Source of the DNA: the human T2T-CHM13v2.0 reference genome, Homo sapiens
DNA length: 64,000 bases
Assembly: GCF_009914755.1 (NCBI RefSeq)
Contig: NC_060944.1
Direction: 5' to 3' (one strand)
How positions within the stretch are numbered: the first letter of the stretch is position 1; the number at the start of each line of letters is the position of its first letter. Both the position numbers and the translations under genes were made by a program. The notes beneath the pieces are model-generated. The model was not told the DNA's origin, ran no database searches, and was given only the letters and a program-made list of their open reading frames with translations. Shown piece after piece: positions 1 through 15,406 of this stretch.

Positions 1-196
1 AGAATTGAAAAATGGAGTTTAAATATATTACATAAAGTCATTAAGGCCACTGGTAGGAGAATTAGTAATAATCTAACTAATAAAAGCAAGGAGCTGAAAG
101 GAATAAGGGGCAGTGGAGGGAATGTATATGAACAAAATTCCTCATCTCATCCCTGGAAATTGATCATTAATACAACACTCTACATCTATTTCTTAA

Positions 197-955
<759 letters not shown>

Positions 956-2203
956 CTATACTGTCTATGTGTTTCTGTGAATTCTCATTCATGTCTTGCT
1001 TCTATAATGAAAGGGCTATGACAGTGAAAGAAAAAAATAAAAATAATTTTTAGTACTTTAGAAAATACTGAAAACTATAAAGATTAAAAATAAAAACTGC
1101 CCATGTCCTACCAGTTACTAACAACATTTTGGTATATATTCATTCACCTACTCTTTTGTCTATGACAATAAATCAAGCTAGTTAGAAACGAGGACAGGTA
1201 TTGGGATATATAGACATTCTCACATCATTGAGACCACACAGTATACGACACGCTGTGGCATTTACTTTTTGAGATTATCAAGCATTTCACATGAGGCTGA
1301 GTTCACAAATATATTGTCTTTGCCAAAGTTACAAACAGTATCCACGATTTCCCCCAGGGTCTGGCTTTTTGGGTCTGGCTTTTTCTTTACTTCTGAACAT
1401 GTAGAAAAATGAATTATGTGCCTACCAAGACAACATTGCAGTTTTCCTGGCAAAGGCTAATTCTGCCGATGGAAACAGTGTTTTCATTTTCTTTCTTTCT
1501 TTCTCCCCACCATTCTATGCTTTTCTGGTTTCTCTGTGTGCGTATTTTCCCCCTGGATTTGACATTATAAAGTTGCTAAGTTCTTCCAGATTTAAGGTGC
1601 TATGCCATCTTAAATCTCTGGATTTGACAGGCTGGGCCAGTGGTTACTGAGATATGATCCAAGAAGCTTTCTCTGGGGCCATCTGTCAATCAGATGTCAG
1701 CTCATAAGGAGGAAGAACTTGGCTGCTGGCCTGCACTTGGATGCCAGAGTTGGTTGCCTTTTGCTTGAATTGTGTCTGCGCAGTGCTAGGCGCCCAGTAA
1801 ATTCTCATTGCATCCCTGATGGGTGAAACCTCATCAGGTAGCTCTTGAATGGAGATATAAAATGTTTGCCTCATGTCAACTCTTCTTGATCTTTTTGACC
1901 CATGTCTTCCGATCTGAACAGCATTTAAAACTTTCTCCCATTGTAGCACCTATGGCCATACTAACTTGTCTGATCCTATTGTGGGTGAATTTTTGAAGAC
2001 AATTATAAACCAGCCCACATGTCAGTACCTGAGATTTCTAGCCTTCCAGTGTCATCCATTCTAAAACCCGATTTGAAGATGCAATGTAGGAAACCAAGAA
2101 CTACCACCACCACACCCTGTCATCGCTGTACCTTTGAGGTCATTTACTCAGCTTTCATGTCTGGTATGTTGAAAGAGTGGAAGTTGGGAGTTAGAGGGGT
2201 GCA

Positions 2204-2900
2204 AGTAGCAACTTGATTTTCCCTCTCACTGCCCATTCAAACACAACTGGTGGGATAGTTCTTTACTTGCCCCGAATGATCCATTGGGCCGATCCTTTAG
2301 CCCTTCTCCTCACCCTTAGATCATGACCAATAACAATATGGTGATGATTATAAAAATAAAATGTCTCCAAGTCACTTCTGAGTGTAGCAACAGTCTAAAT
2401 GAAGTCATTAGAATGTCGAGTCATGTCAAAACTCCAAACTTCATTCATATTAAACCTCTTTCCTCCTCCACTCTCATTTCTTCTCCTCCCCAGCCCCCTT
2501 GGGCTCTGAAGAGGTGAGGAGCAGGGATGTTTTACTTGGCTGGTGTTGTGATGATGTGATCTTGTGCTTTCTGGACTTAGAGGGCCAATTCCTTCTTTCC
2601 TTAGCTTGTGTGTCCCAGGGGAGGGATGGCGGTTCTTGGCAATTCTCCCACTGGCAACCTCCAAATTTGCTTCCTGGGAGGCAGGCAATGTGTCTCCTCT
2701 GGCAGGCCACTCTTGAGTGTGCCTGCAGGTCCTGGGCATCCTGTGGTCCAGCAGCCCCGTTTGGGCGCCTCACATTTTCAGGCAGTCCTGCACTGGGAAT
2801 CCCAAATAACCCCAGGCCAGCTGCCTCTGGAGGTTCAGAACCTGCTGGAAGAAACTTACACCTTTGGCCTTCTCTAAAGTCATCATTCCTGATGCAGTAA
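2204..2900 (-). mobile_element. Possible ancient Gypsy-class LTR (MamGypLTR-like), highly diverged
   Basis: Minus strand reads '...gaagtttggagttttgacatgactcgac...aagttgctac', reminiscent of ancient mammalian Gypsy LTR 3' ends; boundaries uncertain. Confidence 0.25.
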
Positions 2901-3152
2901 TCCATTTTCCTGCAGAGGCTGAGCGGCCATGGTCCCTAACTTCTACCCATTTCCAGGCATGGGTTTGGCACTAGTCTGTCCAGAAGACACAGGGCAAGCT
3001 CTTTCGGTGGTTTCCCCACATCTCTCTGACTCGGCGTTCGGTGAAGAGTTGGAACGGCTTTTTCTCCAGCATAACGTTGGAGGTGCTAATGGCAAGGAAA
3101 TGCCACAGGACGCCAAGTATCAATAGTTTCTCCAAAGACGTGTCTCCAAACC

Positions 3153-3853
<701 letters not shown>

Positions 3854-4339
3854 AAACCAGTCCTCTCTTTCAGCTTCTCCAACCTCCTTGAGCACTGGGG
3901 TAAGGATCACAAACCAATTTTTTTACCATTGCTTTTTGCAATTCCTGCAGAGGTGGAGGGAAGGGTGCTTGCTACCCACTGGGTTACTCCTGGCGTTTGG
4001 AGCTTCAGCCAAACGGAAGACAGAAAGAGTCCCATCCACACGCCACGGCTCTCATTTATCCCTTCAACAGGCGCCTGGATCCTCCGGTTCCACTTCTCAG
4101 GGTGTTCTGCCTTGCAGCTCTGGCAGCTGTTGTCTCCAGCCTGCATCAACTCAAATATGGAAAACATCCACGTTTTCTTTTCATTTTCTTGCCGCTTTCT
4201 AACAGTATCACTCATACATTTCAGAGAGTCCCATAGACTTTCCGTGAGGGGTGGAGTCACAGAAGCGGGCATCTGTTGCTTGGACGCCATCCACTTCCAT
4301 TCGCCTCTAAGCTGATAGCTCTTACGGATCTGCTCCTCA

Positions 4340-4590
4340 GGGACCCCACCCATCTCCTAGTTAACCAATAAGAGCACCCCATCCCCACCATCCCAGCAAC
4401 AATGATTGGTTCAGGAATGAGGGCGTGGCCAAAGCTAAGCCAACCAAAGCCAGTGATACTGGATTCTGGGACTAATTTTTAAATTTCTTAAGAAAAACTC
4501 TTCGTACTGGATTGCTGAGAGAATGGGATGTAAGGTCTGAACTCATGTCTGCCTTCATGCTACCAGCAAAGAGAACCTTGAAATCAAGTG
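4340..4590 (+). mobile_element. Old MLT1-type LTR fragment
   Basis: 'tgattggttcaggaatgagggcgtggccaaagctaagccaa' motif typical of ancient MaLR LTRs. Confidence 0.5.
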
Positions 4591-5708
4591 CCCTGTATCC
4601 AGTAGGTGCTTAATAGTAGTTTATCGAGTGAAGGAAATAATGGGGAAAACATCTGCCAATGCAAGTAGTGCCAGTGCAATGATTCAAAGTGGTACTAAGT
4701 GCCCCCTGGAGAGGGCTGCATACACATGCAATTCCAAGTCTAAGAATGTATCTCACAGATACATTTGCACATGGACCCATATCAGTGTTACGGTGAAAGG
4801 TTGGACAGGTTATGCACTGCCCAACATTAGTGTGCACCATTCACATCAGGCGGGACAGAGTGGGAGAAGATAACTTTGCTGTAAACCTTTGTGCCCTGTG
4901 TGATTTTTTTTTTACCATGATCATATATAGTTTCTTCAGAAGAAAAATTTTTATATCAAAGCCGAAACTGTGCATTTACATTTCTTTATACATTGCTTGG
5001 CACATCAGTGCTCAATATGTATCAGCTGTATCAGCAGCCATCATTATTGTTATTTTTTAAGCTGTTTTGAAAACCTTACGGTGTTATTACACCATGGAGA
5101 CACACGAGGGCGCGCCAGGCATCTATTTAAAAAGTGTTTTCATAGCAGTTCGTGGAGGCTGTAATTTTGAGTGTGTACAGGAGATGGGGGAAAAAGTCTT
5201 GGGGGTCCCGTGTGGGTGACAAGGGCAAGTCTTAGTTCCAACTTGGTCCAGTCTGCCAGCCTTGTCAATGAAATACCAGGACTCCCTTCCTGAGTGCTCC
5301 GTAGTGGAATCAGGGTGAGCGTCCACTCTTTGCAAGTCCTTAGAGGAGAGAGCTGGCTGAGCCGGAGGACTGGCCCGGGGAGCCCCTGCTGCACCCGGAC
5401 CTGTGTTCTCATCTGTGCAGCAGAAACAATCAAACCCACCTGCAGGGCTATCGTGAGATTAAGCAGGGTCTCTCAGAGATCAAAAGAAGCCCGAACTACT
5501 TTCTAGAGTGAAGAACTGGAAAGAAGAGAGAGAGAGAAGGAAAAGAAAGCCTCAAACAATCACCAAGATTGAAGTCACTCTCACAAGGTTAAATTTTACA
5601 ACTCACCCCTCTGCCTCATATACACGGCAACCTAACAGTGCCAGGCAGAGATGGTGGGATTTATTTTAAAACAGTAACTTATATGGTCTGATAGAAGGAC
5701 CCAAGCTT

Positions 5709-6114
<406 letters not shown>

Positions 6115-6161
6115 TTATACATATACTCATAAGATAATACACAAAAGCATATGCAGAGGGC

Positions 6162-7060
<899 letters not shown>

Positions 7061-7199
7061 ACAACACAGGCACATGTCAAATGCCCCCTTGGGTGGAACG
7101 CAGGAATTTGCATTTCTAACAAGCTCAGGGGGCCACAGTTTGAGTATCATTGAGCCCAGCCATTTCTTGGTCTAGAGTAGGAGCCTGCAGAAGGGACAG

Positions 7200-7330
7200 A
7201 GCTCAGGGGTTAGGCAGACCTGTTTCCAGTTTCATCTGCATCCCACACTGGCTGGGTGACTTTGCACGAGGGAGTCAATCTCTTTGGGCCTGAGCTGCTT
7301 CATTGCTAAATTGAGGATAATAAAAGAACT
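7200..7330 (+). mobile_element. MIR fragment
   Basis: 'ctgggtgactttgcac...ctctttgggcctgagctgcttcattgctaaattgaggataataa' MIR core. Confidence 0.7.
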
Positions 7331-8875
7331 CCTGGTTTTCTCCTCAAATCTGTTTCTCCAGCCACTTTTCCCATCTTTGTACATGACAGCTCCATTCTTC
7401 CAGAAGTTGAGCCCCAAATACTGGAGTTACCCTCGAGAACTCTCGTTCACACAAGCCTTACCTTCAATTGGTCTGAAAAACCTGTGGGTTCTACCTTCAA
7501 TTGTATGCACAGCGAGACCACTTCTCATCACCTCCATCACTACCACACTGGTCCAGGCCTGCATTGCTTCCCGCCTGGGCCGTGGCAGCTGCCTCCTTGC
7601 TGGTCCCTGACTCCACCTCACCCCTGACAGTCTGTGCCTCACACACAGCACCAGATCAATTGCTAAAATAAGTAAGTACATCACTGCCTTCCTCTGCTCG
7701 GCTCCCAGAGCTCTCACCTCACTCACTCAGAGCAAGAACTGAAACTCTACCATGGCCTTCAAAGCTCTTGGAGATCTGGCTTCCTGGTACCTTCTGCCCC
7801 ATTTCAGCTCCCCGCACTCCCCACTGTGCTCCAGCTGCCGTGGCCTCCTTGCTGTTCCTTAAACACACCAAGCAAGCTCCTTCCTTCTGCCTGGAACCAT
7901 CTTCTCCAGGTATCCACATGGCTCCTTCTTTTGCTTCCTTCTGACCTCTGCTCAAATGTCACCTCCTCAGTGAGGCCCATCCTGATTGCTCACCTAGATT
8001 TCCACCCCACCCAACTTCTTCTGTCCCTTTTTTTTCTCCATATCCCACCTCACTAAGTGTATATTTGTTTGCCTATTTGTTTATTTCCTCTCCATGTATT
8101 GGAACGTAATTTCCACAAAAGCAAGGTTCATATCTGTTTTTCTTTTTTTAAATTTATGTTTAATTTACATACGGTAACATTCACTTTTTGGAGTACAGTT
8201 CTGTGAGCTTTGATAAATGCACAGTCATGCAACCATCACCAAAATCAAGACACAGAACAGTTCCATCATCTCCAAAAATATCTTCAAGCAACTTCTGGAT
8301 AGTGAGGCCCTTTTGCCACCCTGCCCGATGTCAATCATGGATCTGGTCTCTCCTCTGTAGTTCTGCCTTTTCTATTTAATATGTGTCATATAAAAGACAC
8401 ACAGCTTGCAGCCTTTGGGGACGGGCTTCTTTCTTGCAGCAGAATGCTTCTGAGATTCATCCATGTTGTTGCATCCGTCAATCGTCTGTTTCTTTTTATT
8501 GCTGACTCGTAATTTATCCTATGAATGAGCCACTTGTCAATCCATTCCCCAGGCGAGGGACATTTGGATTGTTTCTAGTTCTTGGTGATTGGGAATAAGC
8601 TGCTCTAACCCTGCAGGTACTAGATTTTGCATGAACAAAGGTTTTCATTTCTGTAGGTTACACACCAGGAGCGGGATTGCGGGATCATGTAAGTGTGTGT
8701 TTAACGTCACGAGAAACTGCCATGCCGTTTTTCAGAGTGGTTGCACCATTTTACATTACCACTGGTGATGGAGGAGCCTGACAGCTGTTCTGCATTCCCA
8801 CATGTTTTTTCTCATCATTGAATTTCCACCACCAAGGATAGAACCTGGCACTGGTAGGTGCTCAACAAATATGCA
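7331..8875 (+). mobile_element. L2 3' region, interrupted by an L1M
   Basis: Typical L2 pyrimidine-rich body; resumes after the L1 and ends 'cctggcactggtaggtgctcaacaaatat'. Confidence 0.8.
8140..8800 (-). mobile_element. L1MB-type 3' end
   Basis: 'taatttacatacggtaacattcac...gtacagttctgtgagctttgataaatg...gaaactgcc' reverse L1M 3' UTR. Confidence 0.85.
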
Positions 8876-8918
8876 CATAGTAGGTACACAAAAATATGCA
8901 TACCTACTATGTGCATAT
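8869..8918. repeat. Perfect 18-bp inverted repeat with 14-nt loop
   Basis: ATATGCACATAGTAGGTA (8869-8886) / TACCTACTATGTGCATAT (8901-8918). Confidence 0.95.
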
Positions 8919-9926
8919 AAACAGATAACTAGAGGCTATCACACAGTGGGATCGGAAGGATGAATTAGGGTAAAATGTATAGAGTGCTTGGTACAGTGCC
9001 TGGCCCTTAGTACCTGAGGATCATTGCTAACAGTAGAGGCCACTCTCCCCAGGGGAGGGCCATAGGGCAGGGACCTCAGCTCCAGCCACACAGAGAGACT
9101 GCCTAGCAGAACCCTCCACTATGCTAATCGCTGATTCCTTGAGCTGTAGGCTTTGGGGATATAAAGATCTTCTCCCTCCAGGAACTGAGGAGGTAAGAAT
9201 CTGCCCCCACGCCAGCAAGACCCGCAATGCTGCAAACACTTCCTGAGGCTCTCTGTGCCCCCCTCCACCCCAGCGTAGGGAACCCAGGAGACCTGGCTCC
9301 AGCTGTGTTTTCCTTGCCTCCACACTCAAAAATGGGAGGCCCACAGGCCAAGGAATGGAGTAAGTCTGTTTTCCTAGCTGGCCTTGTCCCCTCAAGGGGA
9401 CACCAGTGCCCCCACGCTGCTGAGGTTTCTCCCACTTTAGCCAAACTCTTTGGCTGCCCTTGTCCACCCCCACTGGGGGCCTGTTTGCCAGAATCTTTCA
9501 GCACCTTTTCTTTTTCACAATCACTCTGACCCTTTTTGCTATTGTTTTTTGTAGGTTAATTGAGTACGTTCTCCTCTCGGTGGAGACCGCAGGCAGGGCC
9601 AAGCACAACAGGCCCAGCACGAAGGGGGCCTGGGAGGCCCGTCCCAACTCTGCAGCCTGAGGCCTGCTCAGGCAAGGGCAGGGGGACATTGATGGGGCCA
9701 AGATGTAACTGACCTCGCCTGCAGGCAGCAGCTAGCTGGGGTGGAGGACGCGGGGGACGAGAGCATCAGGCCTCCCTTTCAATCCCTGCTCTTCCTTCTT
9801 CCTCTTTTTTGTTTTCAGAGCAGATTATCCCTAAATTCTCCTTCAGTTGGTATTTTCTGAGCACCTTCTAACCGCAGAAAACTGTAGCACGATGCAAAGT
9901 GTAATGACTGACAGAAACGAGGCTTG

Positions 9927-10142
9927 CAGTGGTCTCACCTGGGGTGAGTTTGTGCCCCAGGAGACACTCAGCAATGTCTGGAGACCGTTTTGGCTGTCGG
10001 CCCTAGGCAGGAGGGGTCCTGCTGACATTTAGTGGGTGGAGGCCACGGATGCTGCTAAACTTTCTACAATGCACAAGACAAGCCCACGTAACAAACATCG
10101 ATCCGGGTGGGATGTCAGCAGTGCTGAGGCTGAGAAAACCTG
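9927..10142 (+). mobile_element. MER20 (hAT-Charlie)
   Basis: 'cagtggtctcacc...gcaatgtctggagac...tagtgggtggaggcca...gctgagaaaacctg'. Confidence 0.88.
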
Positions 10143-10149
10143 GCTCCTC

Positions 10150-10250
10150 ACTGTCCCATTATATGGATGAGGAGACTGAGGTCCTGTGCAGCTAAGTGAC
10201 ATGTCCAAGGACACACAGGATTTCAACCCAGAGGCCTGACTCTGCTGTCC
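10150..10250 (-). mobile_element. MIR fragment
   Basis: 'cccattatatggatgaggagactgagg...aagtgacatgtccaagg'. Confidence 0.75.
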
Positions 10251-10540
10251 TCATGCACCTCCCACTCCTAGAGCTCATCAAGGGACGGGGAAAGGAGTTA
10301 GGAGGGACAGGGACGCAGGGGGAGTTGACCTGGGTGTGGGAATGGAGCTCTGGGGGCCTTCCGCAGAGGATGAGGGGACTGAGGGGAATTTGGAAAGACT
10401 CCCGGGGGATGGGAGAGTCTGTCATGATTCCCTTTGACATCCGTTTCTGATACAGGAAAAGCCTGCTTTGAAATTTAGGGGGTGGGGGGGAACACCTGTC
10501 ACCCCCACACAGCACTTCCGGCAGATCCTGGGAGGGGCAT

Positions 10541-10572
10541 TGCAGTAGCAAATGATGAACAGCAGAGGGCGC
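10541..10572 (+). promoter_or_regulatory. CTCF motif with upstream (ZF9-11) module
   Basis: TGCAGTAGC (10541-10549), 6-nt spacer, TGAACAGCAGAGGGCGC (10556-10572). Confidence 0.65.
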
Positions 10573-10929
10573 GAGGGTTCCTTTGCCTCCTATGTACCAC
10601 TTTTTTCATCGTAAAGGGAGTAGGTGTGCCTTAAAGAAAACTGCGGAAAGCCCAAAAAAGCAGAACAAAGAAACCTACATTGCCCAGAATCCCACCTCCT
10701 GGGACAGTTGAACATTTAAATAGTGAATAGTTTCTTCCTTTTTCCCCAGACAACTTTGTTGACATTTTTTATTCTGTTTTGTTTTGCTTTCCAACACAGG
10801 GGCCATCAGCCAGTACACATGATTTTGCAGCCTGGATTTTCACATAACATTCTATCAGAAGCTTTTCCCTTTGTCTGACAAGCCCATGTCATCCTCAGTC
10901 CCTGGTCACCGCTGCGGAGTCAGGGCTTG

Positions 10930-11332
10930 TGTATTAGGCCGTTTTTCAATTTCTGTAAAGAAATACCTGAGGCTAGGTAATTTACAGAGAAGAGAGGTTT
11001 CATTGGCTGGTGGTTCTGCAGATTATACAAGCATGGCACAGGCATCTGTTTCTGGGGAGGCCTCAGGAAGCTTCCAATCATGGCGGAAGGCAAAGGAGGG
11101 GCAGGTGCATCACATGGTGAGAGAGGGAGCAAAAGGGGGGCGTCCCAGGCTCTTAAACCACCAGATGTGGCATGAACTGAGGGAGAAGTCGCTCATCGCC
11201 AAGGGGGTGGCACTAAACTTTTCCTGAGGGACTCACCCCCAGGATTTAATCACCTCCCACAGTGCCCACCTCCAGCACGGGAATCACATTTCAACATGAG
11301 ATTTGGAGGGGACAAACCTCCAAACCACATCA
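10930..11332 (-). mobile_element. MaLR solo LTR (MSTB-like)
   Basis: TGTATTAGGCC...CCAAACCACATCA termini. Confidence 0.9.
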
Positions 11333-11799
11333 GCACACATCCATTCAGCAGATGTGTTTTGAGCCCCCATGTGTGGGAAGCTGTGACAAGCAAGGAGATC
11401 AACTGGGTGTGTGCTCTGTCTGGGGGAGATGGACCCCATCCAGGGTCATTTCAGATGGGGCAATGCACAGTGATGGAGTGAGAGATCTGGGCTGTGTCCC
11501 TGGGGGGGCCTCTCAAAGTAGGGGACATTTGGATGGGGACCTGGATGACCACCAGGAGGCTGCAGGAGCTGCAGGGACACTCCTGGCACGCTGGAAGTTC
11601 ACATGAGAAAGGGGAAAGGCCTATTTTGGATAAAGATCCCCCCAGGACAGGGTGAGGGGTGGAACATGGGACATGAGGAACATGAGTGGTCTCAGATGCC
11701 TACAAGTCTCCTTCCTGGGCCTTTGGGCAGGTGGTGGCGCCATATACGGCAGCAGAGAAGGAAGGATGACACTTAAGCCTGCTGCCCCTGCTCCCCCCT

Positions 11800-12154
11800 T
11801 GATATGATTTGGCTCTGTGTCTCCATCCAAATCTCATCTCGAATTATAATCCCCATGTGTCAATGGAGTGAGGTGATTGGATCATGGCAGCGGTTTTTCC
11901 CATGCTGTTCTCATGATAGTGAGTGAGTTCTCACAAGATCTGATGGTTCTATAAGTGTTTGACAGTTTCTCCTTCAGAGTCTCGCTGTTTCTCCTGCCAC
12001 CATGTAAAACATGCCTGCTTCCCCTTCCGCCATGATTGTAAGTCTCCTGAGACCTCCTCAGCTATGCAGAACTGTGAGTCAATTAAACCTCTTTCTTTAT
12101 AAATTACCCAGTCTCGGGTACTTCTTTATAGCAGGATGAGAACAGACTAATACA
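11800..12154 (+). mobile_element. MaLR solo LTR (THE1D-like)
   Basis: TGATATGATTTGGCTCTGTG...ACTAATACA termini; internal ATTAAA signal. Confidence 0.92.
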
Positions 12155-12494
12155 CCTGCTTTTCCCAGAGCCTAGCATTCAGCATGTGGGAGGAAGGAGC
12201 ACTTTCTGCTTCTCTTTCATTAGTGAGGATAAAGAGGGACAGTACCAAAGGAGGATAAGGACTCAATTTCATTCTAATAAAAATGGGAACCCCTTGCATT
12301 TTATTTAAAATATCATTGTTTGTTTGCTCTTTCAGATTGCAAAAATAATTACTAGTCATTATAGAAACATGTGTAAAAATATAAATAAGTACAAAGGGAA
12401 TAGTGGTTCCCCATGATCCCATTGTCCAGGGACCCTCCGCAAGCCTTTCAGGGTATTCCTTTATCGTAAGACCTTCATCAGTGTCTGTGTCTGC

Positions 12495-13050
12495 ATTTAT
12501 TCATCCATTCAACGGAATTTTTTGAGCACCCACTATGTGCCAGTCATCTTTCTAGATGCAAAGGATGTAGTTGGGAATAAAAACACAAAAATCCCCGTCA
12601 TCATGGAGGTGACATTCCAGTGAGGGTGACAAACAAAATAATCGGTAAACGCTGCAGTACAGTCTATGATAAGGGCAGAAGTGCCATGGAGAAATGAAAG
12701 CAGGGAACCCGGAGGAGGGCACTAAATGGGGTTTGGATTTTAAGCGGGATGCTCAGGGAAGGTGTCACTGAGAGGTGACATTTGAACAGAGGCTTGAATT
12801 TTTGGAGGGAGCGAGGCATGAGGGCAGCTGCGGGGGAGGGGAGAGAGAACAGCAGGTGCAAAGGCCCCCAGGGGGCGAGCCTGGGTGGCTCAGGAGGTGC
12901 GAGAAGGTCAATCGGTGAGTGCTGGGTGAGCAGGGATGGCGAGGGGTGGGGAGGATAAAGAGGAAGTTGGGGAGCAGACCTCACAGGGCTGTGGGGGACA
13001 CTGAGAGGACCACGCTTTACTCTGAGTGACATGAGAAGCCAGAGCAAGAC
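12495..13050 (-). mobile_element. L2 3' region
   Basis: 'attcatccattcaac...tgagcacccactatgtgccag...gaggtgacatttgaacagag'. Confidence 0.85.
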
Positions 13051-13059
13051 TTTGATTTC

Positions 13060-13530
13060 TCTGTAAATGTTTTATTGTCAATCCAAACAAAAGTGGAGAG
13101 AACAGTAAGATCAACCCCACACACTCACCCCCCAGCCCCGTGTACGGTCCATCTGGCTTCACTGATTTCCTCCCCACTGGATGGTTTTGAAACAGATCCG
13201 GGCACCACCTCATTTCATCTGTTTACATTTTGTGAATGTCACCAAAATCAGGATTTTCTTCCAGCGTAACCTCAATACCATTATCATGACTTCAAACATT
13301 ACCAGTCATTCCTTAGTGTTACCAGAATTCCAGTCCACGTTCAGATGTCCCTCATTCTCTCAATTCATTTTCGCCTTCATTTGTTCAAACTAGGATCTAA
13401 ACGAGGTTGTTTATGACAGCTGAGCTGTTCCTTAGGTCTTTTTAAATCTATGGGTTCCCCCTTCTTCTGTTTTTCTCCTTGCAGTGTGTTTGTTGAAGAA
13501 ACTGGGCTGCTCATTCTCTAACGTTTCCCA
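13060..13530 (-). mobile_element. L1MC-type fragment
   Basis: 'taacctcaataccattatca...ccagtccacgttcagatgtccc'. Confidence 0.65.
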
Positions 13531-13729
13531 TATTCGTAGCACTTATCTCCTTTGAATATGCCATATAATTTATTCTTCTTATTAAAAAAAAAGTCCTCTC
13601 TCCCCTACTAGAAAGCAGTCTCCCAAGAGCAGCCTGTTGGTCTGTTTTGTTCCCTGCTGTGTGCCCAACACCAGAGCCTGGCACAGTCAATGACCCATAA
13701 AAGGATGGCTAACACTGAAAATACTGGCT

Positions 13730-13840
13730 ATTGTTTCCCAGCGTTACAGATGAGGAAACTGAGGCTCACAGAGGTTAAGTGAACTTCAAAAGGTCACACA
13801 ACCAGGAAGTGAGGAGATTGGGATTTGAACTCAATCTTTC
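13730..13840 (-). mobile_element. MIR
   Basis: 'ttacagatgaggaaactgaggctcacagaggttaagtgaac...ggatttgaactca'. Confidence 0.9.
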
Positions 13841-14879
13841 AGGCTTAGTGATCAATTTTAACAACCATATACCACACTCTCCCGCGACCCAGCTCCCTCC
13901 TTCCCGACAGATGGCGGCTGTCTGTGAAAGGACCCAGCTCCAAAGGCAATTCCCCAGGACGCTCGGGGTCCCACTTTCCTAGGGGTGCTGGTGCCTGCTG
14001 GAAGCTGAGCCCCACCGGAGAGATGAGGCCATGCTGAGCCACCGGGGACACTAGTCCTCCATGAGACAGTCTCAGCAGCCCTGTGTGTCAAACTCCCCAG
14101 CACTGGCTTAAACTCCAGTGGCTCCCGAAGGCAAGGACCCCCAGCCCTCGCTGAGCATTTGGTTCATAGTAAGTGACCAAGAAGCTCCTGGGAGACAAGA
14201 GACCCAGCAAAAGTGGTCAAGATATCTGGACTGCACTGCTGCTAGGCCTGCCAGGCTCTGTCTCCTGCCCTCCATGTCAGGCCCTGCCTCCAACCAACCA
14301 GCCTCCAGGTCAGCACTTCTATGTGATTCTCAGACCAGCAGCTTCCGCACACACCAGCACCTTGCTGGAAAGGCAGGTTGGAACACCCCAAGGATGTGGT
14401 ACACGGAAAGACAGGGAACCATAGGTGCTGGGGTGGACCCTGCAATCTGGGCTTTCACAAGCCCCAGAGACTCTATCCGCAGAGATATTCTGGTTCTCAG
14501 TACCTTTGGGCAGAGCCTTCTTTGAGTGTTGAGGCCAGAAGGGCCAACTCCTTTGTTTATTGATTAGTAGGGACCACTGGGCTCTTTCTCAATAACCATT
14601 TATCTGGGTGCAGGAATGTGGAATTTCAGTGCTGGGAACCATGTGCCTGAGCCTCATGTTGAGGTCCTCTGGGGTCCCAAGGTCTACCTGGTCTAGCATG
14701 CACTTAGAGAGGGCCCATGGGTGCCAGACACAGCAAGCAGCTTATAGCGTCTGTCCTCAAGTCACTCTGAGAAAGCCCAGGGTTAACGGCTAAGCCGGCT
14801 GCTCTCTCAGCATCCTCTCTTCCATCTTCCTGTTTATTTCATGGCTTCCATCACCACTGAAAGTTGTCACCAATTTGCC

Positions 14880-15055
14880 CTCTTGTTCGTCTGTCTCACC
14901 CCCCATCAAACATGCCCCTCACCCACCCAACCATGAGCTCCATGAGAATGGGGTCTCCTCACTTTGTTCCCAGCACCCAAAATAGTGTTTGGCCCATAGC
15001 AGGCACTCAAGAAATAGATGCTCAATGAATGAGTGAATGAACGAATGAATGAATG
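14880..15055 (+). mobile_element. L2 3' end
   Basis: 'gagctccatgagaatggg...catagcaggcactcaagaaata' plus (GAAT)n tail. Confidence 0.8.
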
Positions 15056-15406
15056 GGAACAATAAGAAGAACCCATGGAGAGAGAGAACGGGAGTGAAGG
15101 GAGATGGAGAGGTTGCGCTCTCAAGGTGGGATTTTGGAGTTTCAGACCATGGTGAGTGGAAGTGTCAGAACAGATCCCCAGGAAATACCAGGCCTCCATG
15201 CAATATTACAGGTTTTTAAATGTAGCCTTAATGTGATTTTTGCATATTGGGAATAATAAAAATGTAAGTGATGTCTGCTCAGAGCACACTCCCTGATTCA
15301 ATTTCCACTCTGTTCGTGAGTATGTTGTTAAATTGTCTGGTCCCACGGGTTAACAACAATAGATTCGGAGTACGTTCAAATCAGAAGGCACAGAAGGTGA
15401 TCCAGA

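Noticed and set aside
1262-3126. Minus-strand ORF cluster as a possible processed pseudogene
   Set aside because: No recognisable protein similarity, no poly-A tail or TSD; overlapping ORFs on both strands look like chance frames or an old LTR.
5330-5410. CpG island or promoter (also ~9580-9760 and ~32850)
   Set aside because: Only short GC patches with few CpGs; no extended CpG-rich region anywhere in the window.
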